Shown: positions 1 to 6,428 of the stretch, in pieces
Layout of the letters: the number at the start of each line of letters is the position of its first letter
Position numbering within the stretch: the stretch's first letter is position 1
Assembly: GCA_027491415.1 (NCBI GenBank)
Contig: JAOZFH010000051.1
Location: forward strand, 1 to 13,952
Length of the DNA: 13,952 bases
DNA from: Thermoproteota archaeon
Lineage (GTDB): Archaea > Korarchaeota > Korarchaeia > Korarchaeales > Korarchaeaceae
Direction of reading: 5' to 3'
Position numbers and translations under genes: made by a program
The notes under the pieces: generated by a model
What the model saw: only the letters and a program-made list of their open reading frames with translations
Databases searched by the model: none
What the model was told of the DNA's origin: nothing

Positions 1-289
1 CCAGCTCTCCCTCGGCCCCCACTATCTCTATCGGGGCGCCCGGGGCGCCCGAGACGTCGATGTCTATTACCTCGTGGTAGGTCCCGCCGTGGATGACCAG
101 CCTGTCCCCGGGCCCGAGCGCGGCTACCCCGCGAGAGATCGTGGCCCAGGGCTGGGACTCCGTCCCCGGGTTGGAGTCGCTCCCTCCGGGGGACACGTGG
201 TACACGCGGCCCTGGCCCCCCACGGCCGTGTGGGGCGCCAGGAGGAGCAGCGCCGCCAGCGCGGCCGCCAAGATAGGAGCCCTCTCCAT
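1..289 (-). CDS. Secreted DUF1565 / right-handed parallel beta-helix (pectin-lyase-like) protein, 5' part only; runs off the window start
   Basis: Not in the ORF track; translated by hand from the ATG at 289: MERAPILAAALAALLLLAPHTAVGGQGRVYHVSPGGSDSNPGTESQPWATISRGVAALGPGDRLVIHGGTYHE... This is a signal peptide followed by the YHVSPxGSDxNPGTxxxPWATI...PGD...GTY motif typical of DUF1565/beta-helix N-termini. TTTAAA lies about 25 nt upstream. Confidence 0.85.
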   Translation of the reverse strand, partial: MERAPILAAALAALLLLAPHTAVGGQGRVYHVSPGGSDSNPGTESQPWATISRGVAALGPGDRLVIHGGTYHEVIDIDVSGAPGAPIEIVGAEGEL

Positions 290-313
290 TATTTCGCGAA
301 ATGAATCACATAA

Positions 314-319
314 TTTAAA
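314..319 (-). promoter_or_regulatory. TATA box (TTTAAA) for the leaderless beta-helix gene
   Basis: AT-rich island in GC-rich DNA, about 25 nt upstream of the ATG at 289, which is the canonical archaeal spacing. Confidence 0.6.
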
Positions 320-535
320 CGATGGCCCGCTTCCGGGCCAAGGGATCCCCGGCTATCGGCCCCAGCCCTGGTCGCCGCACAGACCCTGCACGCCGCTGGC
401 GATGGGCCGCTCAGGGGGAGGTTTCCGGACCGCTGCCTGGAGGGCAGGTCGAGGACTTCGGCTCCGACCGTCACACCTCGACGCTCCGGACCCCTCGGCG
501 TCGAGCCAGGGTGGTGGCAGGCTGGAGCTTGCGCT

Positions 536-540
536 AAAAA
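536..540 (-). terminator. Possible oligo-T terminator of the radical SAM operon
   Basis: TTTTT on the minus strand about 57 nt after the stop at 597. Archaeal intrinsic terminators are U-tracts. Confidence 0.3.
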
Positions 541-596
541 CCTACCGGCTCATCCAGTGCCGGGAGATTGGCACTCAGAGGACCGCCTGCCGGATC

Positions 597-1937
597 TCAT
601 GCGATCTCGGGTGGAGACCCCGGGTACGGCCTCACCTTGGACTCCAGGGGGCACCCTCCCCCGCACGCCTGGAAGAGCGGACAAGATGCGCAGGCTTCTC
701 CGGCGAAGGCCCTCGACCTTATCTCCTTGCAGAGCGGGTGGTCCCAGATGGCTCCCCAGTCGTCTCTGAGGATGTTGCCGAGGGGCTCGTAGTAACTCTG
801 GCAGGGTATCACAGTTCCGTCGGGCTCTACGGCCATCGTTATCGAGCAGGCAGAGCAGAACTTCACCCCGAACTGGTGCTCCAGCGGGTTGAGTTCGCAG
901 TACCTGGTGACCCCGTACCACCTGAACTCCATGTCCCTCTCGGCCGCGGCGTCCGCCATCTCTTCCAGGGCCTCGAGCGTCTCCTCCGGCGTGGGTTCGA
1001 ACCACTCCCTGACTTCTAGCCCCCTGCCGCTGTATATGAGGCGATTCGCGGATACGGCGTCCGCACCAAGCTCGTCGGCCAGCTCGACGAGCCCGACGAC
1101 GTCGCCAACGTTCAGTCTGCTGAGGGTGGCGTTGACGTCCACGTATATCCCGAGGTCCGCGATGTTCTTTATCCCCTCGACGGTCTCCCTCCAGCTCCCG
1201 GGGACCTGAGTTATCCTCTCGTGAACCTCTGGCCTGTGGGACTCCAGCGTGACCTGAACGTAGTCCAGTCCAGCCTTCACCAGCTCCTCGGCGAAGGACC
1301 TGTCCGCCAGCCTCCTGCCGTTGGTCACCAGTCCCGCGACCAGGCCCAGCCGCTGGGCCTCCACCACCAGCTCCACCAAGTCGTCCCTCAGCGTTGGCTC
1401 TCCCCCAGTGAAGACCACGTTTGGCACGCCGAGGTCTTCGACCCTCCTCAGGACCTCCTTCCACTCCCTGGTGCCCAGTTCGGGCTTCTGGGACTCGGGA
1501 GATCCACTGTAGCAATGCACGCACCTGTTGTTGCACCTGTAAGTGAGGGCGAGGTCCATCCTGAACGGCGCCGAGGTCCTGATGGAGAGCGGGTCCACCC
1601 TCGCGAACCCGAGGTCGGTGATGGGGCAGACTTCCTCGGCGTCTAAGAAGGCCTTGAGCCTCCTGACGAAGTCCCTGTAGTCCCTCTCCGCCCTCTCCCT
1701 CGTGAGCCCTCGAAAGGCCCTCACGGCCCTCTCCACCGCTGCCTCCGGCGGCTCCCCACTCAGGAATGACTGGGCGAACAACGTGCCTGACCTGTTCAGG
1801 TAGGCGGACCTCCTGGCGGCCACCACCAGTACGCCGAGGCCGGACGGATCTACCCTCAGGTGGACCTTCTGGCCCTTGTAGACGAAGCTGAGCATACGCG
1901 CGCTTCTCTTAGCATCTCTCCTTCCCCTAACTCCCAT
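597..1937 (-). CDS. Radical SAM/SPASM-domain protein with an N-terminal PqqD-like RiPP recognition element (446 aa); putative peptide/protein maturase
   Basis: CxxxCxxC motif LTYRCNNRCVHCY (1512-1535) and FTGGEPTLR. SPASM region (651-857): CSAC...PDGTVIPC...GNI...CASCPLFQACGGGCP. The N-terminal YLNRSG...AVERAVRAFRGLTRERAERDYRDFVRRL resembles a PqqD/RRE. Start reassigned to the ATG at 1937 because it overlaps the upstream stop (TGATG) and has GGAGGTG 7 nt upstream. Alternative ATG at 1895. Confidence 0.92.
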   Translation of the reverse strand: MGVRGRRDAKRSARMLSFVYKGQKVHLRVDPSGLGVLVVAARRSAYLNRSGTLFAQSFLSGEPPEAAVERAVRAFRGLTRERAERDYRDFVRRLKAFLDAEEVCPITDLGFARVDPLSIRTSAPFRMDLALTYRCNNRCVHCYSGSPESQKPELGTREWKEVLRRVEDLGVPNVVFTGGEPTLRDDLVELVVEAQRLGLVAGLVTNGRRLADRSFAEELVKAGLDYVQVTLESHRPEVHERITQVPGSWRETVEGIKNIADLGIYVDVNATLSRLNVGDVVGLVELADELGADAVSANRLIYSGRGLEVREWFEPTPEETLEALEEMADAAAERDMEFRWYGVTRYCELNPLEHQFGVKFCSACSITMAVEPDGTVIPCQSYYEPLGNILRDDWGAIWDHPLCKEIRSRAFAGEACASCPLFQACGGGCPLESKVRPYPGSPPEIA

Positions 1938-2020
1938 CAGCCAGCACCTCCTCCGGCGCAGGCACAAGCGCACGACACGCAGGCGCAGGCGCACGCACAG
2001 GACACGCAGGCGCAGACGCA
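1937..2020 (-). repeat. Coding (Cys-Ala/Val)n repeat: 10 Cys in 21 residues, followed by AGGGAG-stop
   Basis: Read directly: tgc gtc tgc gcc tgc gtg tcc tgt gcg tgc gcc tgc gcc tgc gtg tcg tgc gct tgt gcc tgc gcc gga gga ggt gct ggc tga. Synonymous codons vary between units. Confidence 0.95.
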
Positions 2021-3637
2021 GGAACTCACGGCGGTTCTGGTCCTGCTCCTTGGCCTAGTCCGCTCCGGCGCTATGAGCCGGGTCACCCTGTCCGCCAGCC
2101 CCTCCGCGCTGTCCGCCACGGAGTCGAAGACTGACTCAACCCCCCTGGCCACCTCATCGGCAGCCTTCTCTAGGGAGACGACCGGCCCCTCCGCCCTCCG
2201 CTCTATCCCGGTGACGGTTCTGGGCTCCTTCACGGGCTCTACTCGGGGAGCGCCGGGGGCCGGCCTGGTTACGATGACGACGTGCCTGTCCCAGCCGGGC
2301 CACGTCCACCTCCAGATTCTATACATCCACCAGTCGCTCGGCAGCACGACCTGAGCCGGTTCGGGGGCCCTCAGGGCCTCCCTAAGCCTCTCGAAGAAGT
2401 TCTCGTCGATCATGAGCCACTCGATCCACTCATCTAGGACCTCCCTCTTCTTCTCGGGAGGTGCAGATTGGAGTTCTCTCCACCCCTCCGCGATCTTCTT
2501 GCGGTAGAAGTCTACAGTCTCCTTCCTAGAGAAGCCAGACAGCTTGCGGTAGGTGGCCCTGTGCACGGCCTTGATCAGCCTCGCGAGGCAGTCCTCGTTC
2601 AGAGATCCGTCGTCCTGGATGCAGCGGACGAGCCTTCTCAGGTAGTACTTCAGCGGGCCCCCGTCGTCCCTCACCCTCAACCTCAGGGGTCTCAGGCTCT
2701 CAAGCTCAAGGACGCCCAACTTGAGGCCCTCGACCAGCGCGACCGTTATCACCCTGGAGAACTCTCTCTTCCCGGACTCCAAGAGCATCAGGTAAGCTGC
2801 CTCGGGTGGGTTCAGCCGCTTCTGCGGGCCCAGGGCCTCGATCCCAATCCACGGAGGCTCGTACTCTCCCAGGGGCTTCTTGGTCCGCGCGTAGAGGATG
2901 TACGCCAAGATGAACGCGAACGGGGCCAGCATGATCAGTACGCCCAGGATCTGGCCGATCCTGTAGAGTATCCCACTGGAGCCCGGCGCCTCAACGTAAT
3001 GCTCCACATACCGCGATGGGAAGCTTACTCCGACCTCGAACCGCTCCCCGGGGTATAGGTTCCGCCTCTCCCAGTAAAGGGCGACCCTCCCGTCTAGGTT
3101 CATCAGGTTGTCGTAGTCCGGGTAGTTTCTGACCTCTGAGGATCGCACGCCCTCCGGAAGCACCACCAGGACCCTGAGGTCCTCCACTGGCGCGTCGTCA
3201 AACCAAGAGGGGGTGAACTGCACCCCCACGTTACCCGGGTTGGTCTCGTCTGCATAGATGAAGTCCTCGACCAGCAAGGTGAAAGTGAAGGTCCTCGATT
3301 GCCCGGCCTCTATGGGGCTGCTAGGGTGGAGCTCCACGGCGTAGTAGTCTCCCTCCCTGATCTCGTCGTAGTTCACCTCCAATCCCGTTTCCAGCTCCCG
3401 GGCCTCCAGCACCTCGAAGCTCCCTGCGGGCATCCCAACCCTGACGAATCTCCTGATCGCTCCAGAGTCCACGGCCACGGTCAGGTTGTAGGACAGGAGC
3501 ACGGTGCCGCCTCGCTCGATCTGCAGTACAACCCACTCCCGGACGATCCGATAGGAGAGTTCTTGTGCTGCCGATGGGGGCAGGGAGGGGACCGCCGACA
3601 AGACCAGCAGGAGGATCGCCAAAGCCCTACTCGACAT
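1937..3637 (-). CDS. Signal-peptide, single-pass membrane protein (DUF2207-like, 566 aa) with a C-terminal alternating-Cys tail; putative radical SAM substrate
   Basis: Signal peptide MSSRALAILLLVLSAVPSLPPSAAQ, then a beta-rich ectodomain (DLRVLVVLPEG...ERFEVGVSFP), a TM helix ILGVLIMLAPFAFILAYILYA followed by RTKK, an LNPPEAAYL motif as in DUF2207-like proteins, and the terminal CVCACVSCACACACVSCACACAGGGAG. Confidence 0.85.
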   Translation of the reverse strand: MSSRALAILLLVLSAVPSLPPSAAQELSYRIVREWVVLQIERGGTVLLSYNLTVAVDSGAIRRFVRVGMPAGSFEVLEARELETGLEVNYDEIREGDYYAVELHPSSPIEAGQSRTFTFTLLVEDFIYADETNPGNVGVQFTPSWFDDAPVEDLRVLVVLPEGVRSSEVRNYPDYDNLMNLDGRVALYWERRNLYPGERFEVGVSFPSRYVEHYVEAPGSSGILYRIGQILGVLIMLAPFAFILAYILYARTKKPLGEYEPPWIGIEALGPQKRLNPPEAAYLMLLESGKREFSRVITVALVEGLKLGVLELESLRPLRLRVRDDGGPLKYYLRRLVRCIQDDGSLNEDCLARLIKAVHRATYRKLSGFSRKETVDFYRKKIAEGWRELQSAPPEKKREVLDEWIEWLMIDENFFERLREALRAPEPAQVVLPSDWWMYRIWRWTWPGWDRHVVIVTRPAPGAPRVEPVKEPRTVTGIERRAEGPVVSLEKAADEVARGVESVFDSVADSAEGLADRVTRLIAPERTRPRSRTRTAVSSCVCACVSCACACACVSCACACAGGGAG

Positions 3638-3666
3638 CCTACCCGCTGCAACCGGCTGGCGTGAGG

Positions 3667-3673
3667 TAAAAAA
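3667..3673 (-). promoter_or_regulatory. TTTTTTA: candidate TATA box of the Cys-tail/radical SAM operon and/or U-tract terminator of the antiporter gene
   Basis: Main AT-rich tract in the 51-nt gap, about 30 nt upstream of the ATG at 3637 and about 15 nt after the antiporter stop. Confidence 0.45.
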
Positions 3674-3688
3674 CGGATCGGATTTGCA

Positions 3689-5368
3689 TCACGTGCACTT
3701 TACTGGCGGCGGCTCTTTCCTTTCAGCCGGTCTCTCCGGTACCAACCTCCTCACTACCATATTGCTGGCCCTGTTGATTACGTAGGCTATGGCAAACATC
3801 CCGAGGATCGCGATCGGCGAAGAGAGCGATATCCTCGGTCCGCCCACCCTCGAGACGGTGGGCAGCAGGCCTTCAAGGACGCTCATCACCGGGGCTAGGG
3901 CTAGGTAGGTGAACAGCAGCCTCAGTGCTAGAATCAGCGAGGCCGCACCCCTGGCGAGCACCGTGATGATTCCCCGCTCAAAGTAGGTGTAAGCATGCTG
4001 TATCGTAGAGATGAACACGCCCATCGACAGGATTGTTAGCAGCAGCTGGAAGACTGGGGTTTGAGTGAAGAGGAGCTTCGATGCGCTGAGTATGAGGTAT
4101 ATGACCATCAGCCTGAAGAGCGAGCCGTACATCCACCTCCTGAAGTCCAGGTCGCCCACGACTCTGTTGGCGTCCTCGCTGAGATCCTCAAGGAAGGACC
4201 TCAGGGCCTCTGGCAGGCCCTTTATAGCTGCCCCGGCCAGCCTGTGCACCCTGTTGGTCACCTCTGAGACTAGGGTTAGGTTAAAGCCGTAGGCGAACAT
4301 GGCCGCTAGAGCCACTACTAGTGGGAGCTGGTTCAGCAGACCAGCGATTGCTATGAGGCCGAACTCACCGGTGTTGGCGAGGACCATGGCCATCTCGGCT
4401 GCGTCCTCCAGCTCGAAGCCTGCCAGGATCGCGGAGAAGAATAGGATGAGTCCTCTGAGCACGTAGGCAAGGAACGCCCAGGCCAAGCCGTACGCCGCAG
4501 CCGCGAGGAACGTCGTGAGGTCTACCCTGGTGTTCAGGTTAAAGGGGAATGAGGAGACGAACCCGAGGAGAGCCAACATCAGGTAGCCCTCGACTACGTG
4601 GAACGTCTCTCTGTCAAACCCCCTTAGGGAGAGCATCAGAGACCCTATGAATACGGGTATAGCCTCTGGCAGGTGGAGGCTGTGTCCTACAGAGATCAAG
4701 AGGAAGAGGTACAGCAAGGTCGTGAGCACCCTGGCGTCGAGCCTGTCGATGGCCTTGAGGAACCTATCAAACGGATCGGCGGTGGTGTAGAGGATCGGCA
4801 CCAGGAGGGCGGTGATCGCTAAGAGGTCTATGACCTCAGACCTTATGGATGTGAGTTCCCCTTCGCCGGCCAGCACCCCGAACGACACTAGGGCGACAGC
4901 CAGAGAGTCCTCCATAACGGAGAGGGCTATTCCAACGTTGGCGATCCTCTCCTTCCCTATCTTCTTCAGCTCGAGCACGAAGTACTCGTTGGAGGCAATC
5001 ATGAGGGCGACCAAGGCGAAAGGAGTAGGGCCTGGAATGATCGTAGAAAGGATGTACAGCAGGCTTAGGAGAAACGAGGCCTCTATAGTGAACATTAGGA
5101 AGAGTCTCTCCTTCTCGGCGATGAACACATTGACATCCAGCTCTAAACCAGCGATGAACACTATTAGGGCCGCGGCTATGGGCGCTAGGGCCAGGAGGCT
5201 CTCGTGCGCTTCGATCCCCAACACTAATGAGATCAGAGAGGCGAACATCATGACGGGAAGGATGACAACGTGCCTCCTTTTGGCGTAGACGAGGGCAAGG
5301 AGCGACGCTATTCCTAGGTGAATCAGCGGGCCCTGGTCCCTAAGTAGGTCTAGGGCTGCCTCTGCCAT
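3689..5368 (-). CDS. Cation:proton antiporter, CPA2/Kef-like, with an extra C-terminal membrane region (559 aa)
   Basis: Many hydrophobic segments and CPA2-type motifs IVFIAGLELD, LSVMEDSLAV and NTGEFGLI. No TrkA/KTN GxGxxG domain seen. Start reassigned to the ATG at 5368 (MAEAALD), 24 nt from a TATA box; the longer ORF would overlap the divergent gene. Confidence 0.8.
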   Translation of the reverse strand: MAEAALDLLRDQGPLIHLGIASLLALVYAKRRHVVILPVMMFASLISLVLGIEAHESLLALAPIAAALIVFIAGLELDVNVFIAEKERLFLMFTIEASFLLSLLYILSTIIPGPTPFALVALMIASNEYFVLELKKIGKERIANVGIALSVMEDSLAVALVSFGVLAGEGELTSIRSEVIDLLAITALLVPILYTTADPFDRFLKAIDRLDARVLTTLLYLFLLISVGHSLHLPEAIPVFIGSLMLSLRGFDRETFHVVEGYLMLALLGFVSSFPFNLNTRVDLTTFLAAAAYGLAWAFLAYVLRGLILFFSAILAGFELEDAAEMAMVLANTGEFGLIAIAGLLNQLPLVVALAAMFAYGFNLTLVSEVTNRVHRLAGAAIKGLPEALRSFLEDLSEDANRVVGDLDFRRWMYGSLFRLMVIYLILSASKLLFTQTPVFQLLLTILSMGVFISTIQHAYTYFERGIITVLARGAASLILALRLLFTYLALAPVMSVLEGLLPTVSRVGGPRISLSSPIAILGMFAIAYVINRASNMVVRRLVPERPAERKEPPPVKCT

Positions 5369-5391
5369 CAGGCCCGCGAGGTGAGCGGGCG

Positions 5392-5399
5392 TTAAAAAT
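5392..5399. promoter_or_regulatory. Shared bidirectional TATA element (TTAAAAAT / ATTTTTAA)
   Basis: Centred in the 53-nt divergent gap, about 23-24 nt from both the ATG at 5368 (-) and the ATG at 5422 (+). Confidence 0.6.
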
Positions 5400-5421
5400 G
5401 TGACAAAGTTCACCAGTAGGT

Positions 5422-6348
5422 ATGACCATGAGCTGGGTGGGTCTACCGGGCTACGATTGCGGGCTCTGCGGGTTTCCGTCGTGCTCTTCGGCCGCACGCC
5501 ACATGGAGTTGGGGGAGCGGGACGTGAAGTGCCCGTTCGTCAGGCCCTCGATCGGCCCCCCTTGGATAGCTAGGCCTGCCAAGCTCAGGGTGGTCAGGCC
5601 ATGTCCGTCTAGGCCCACCCTGGAGGAGGTGGTTCTCTCCCTCTCCCCGGAGGGCGCCAGGTTCAGGCCGCTGGATCACGAGGCCGCCTCGCTGACGCTC
5701 CCGGCGCTGGGACTTAGGACAAGGACCGCCCTGAGGGGGCAGATGGTGATAGGAGAGAGCGCCGACCTGAGGGTGAACGTCTTCATCACCGGGAAGGTGT
5801 CGGTCAGGTCCGAGCTGGGCGAGGAGGCCGCGCGGGAGATCCTTCCAAGGCTCCTCCGCTGTCTGACGGCCGCCTCGGTCTGTCAGGAGACGGGTCTCTC
5901 GGAGCTCGAGGTCGCCGCCGGGTGGGCGGGCGCCGGCCACAGGCTCCTCTGCAGCTACCCTCGGCCCTACCTAGAGCTGGCCGGAGTGGAGTCTAGGGGC
6001 GTTCCTGCGCGGAAGGCCATCGAGGATCGCTTGGAAGTGGGCGAAGCCTTTAGGGGGATGGCCTCGCTGGAGGATGCCGACGTGGAGGAGGCCGCGGGGC
6101 TCGGCGTGGAGGTCCTCGAAGGCGGCGACCTCTTGGGCCTCTGGCTCCTAGGCGCGGCGGTCGAGGTCAGGAGGGCCCTGAAGAACGACCCCGACAGATC
6201 CAATTGCCAGGCGCTGTCCGACGTGCTCTCCGGGCGGCCTATAGATATCGATAATGTCCAGAAGAAGGCCCAGTCCGGAGAGAGGCGCGTCGCCCGGCCC
6301 GCGATGGCTGCGCTCAGGCTGTCGTCGGCTGGGGAAGTTATCGTTTGA
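5422..6348 (+). CDS. Fe-S cluster-binding protein (N-terminal PF04060-type FeS domain), function unknown
   Basis: LPGYDCGLCGFPSC-x15-CP matches the LPxxxCGxCGxxxC...CP 4Fe-4S domain of RnfB and AcsC/CdhE N-termini. Further Cys in RPCP, RCL...VCQ and LCS. Alternative ATG at 5428. Confidence 0.75.
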   Translation: MTMSWVGLPGYDCGLCGFPSCSSAARHMELGERDVKCPFVRPSIGPPWIARPAKLRVVRPCPSRPTLEEVVLSLSPEGARFRPLDHEAASLTLPALGLRTRTALRGQMVIGESADLRVNVFITGKVSVRSELGEEAAREILPRLLRCLTAASVCQETGLSELEVAAGWAGAGHRLLCSYPRPYLELAGVESRGVPARKAIEDRLEVGEAFRGMASLEDADVEEAAGLGVEVLEGGDLLGLWLLGAAVEVRRALKNDPDRSNCQALSDVLSGRPIDIDNVQKKAQSGERRVARPAMAALRLSSAGEVIV

Positions 6349-6386
6349 CTCCCACCGATATCGAGTGGCGGCGTTGACGACCCCTG

Positions 6387-6423
6387 GCTTAGGGGTATTA
6401 TTACCCCACACCACCCCCTAAGC
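6387..6423 (+). promoter_or_regulatory. TATA box (TATTATTA, 6396-6403) enclosed by a 9-bp inverted repeat GCTTAGGGG...CCCCTAAGC
   Basis: Arms at 6387-6395 and 6415-6423. The TATA is 25 nt upstream of the ATG at 6429. Confidence 0.5.
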
Positions 6424-6428
6424 GCCCG

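Noticed and set aside
289-537. Small ORFs 289-474 (-) and 322-537 (+) as a separate RiPP precursor
   Set aside because: No convincing SD or TATA spacing and no precursor-like composition (only one CRVC). Not strictly excluded.
320-596. SRP RNA, RNase P RNA or tRNA in the gap
   Set aside because: No SRP helix-8 motif in context, no GAGGAAAGUCC-type RNase P motif, and no cloverleaf or T-loop found on either strand.
93-1646. Long alternative ORFs 93-1019, 550-1536, 889-1209 and 1221-1646
   Set aside because: They overlap the rSAM or beta-helix genes, have Arg/Pro/Gly- or Ser-rich shadow composition, and show no motifs; such ORFs are expected at high GC.
597-1937. Naming the enzyme pqqE, mftC, anSME or ahbC/D
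   Set aside because: The shared motifs are generic to SPASM proteins and none of the partner genes is in the window, so no symbol was assigned.
1938-1994. N-terminal extension of the rSAM ORF (MRLRLRVVRLCLRRRRCWL)
   Set aside because: It is the off-frame reading of the Cys-tail codons. The SD and the TGATG overlap point to 1937 as the start.
1937-2020. Cys tail as a DNA microsatellite, a selenocysteine read-through, or a ubiquitin-like sulfur-carrier end
   Set aside because: Synonymous codons vary; the TGA overlaps the next start and no SECIS is evident; the protein ends in AG rather than GG and has no beta-grasp domain.
1860-2354. Plus-strand ORF with AQAQAHDTQ repeats as a possible precursor peptide
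   Set aside because: It is the antisense mirror of the CACA tail, with no promoter or SD evident.
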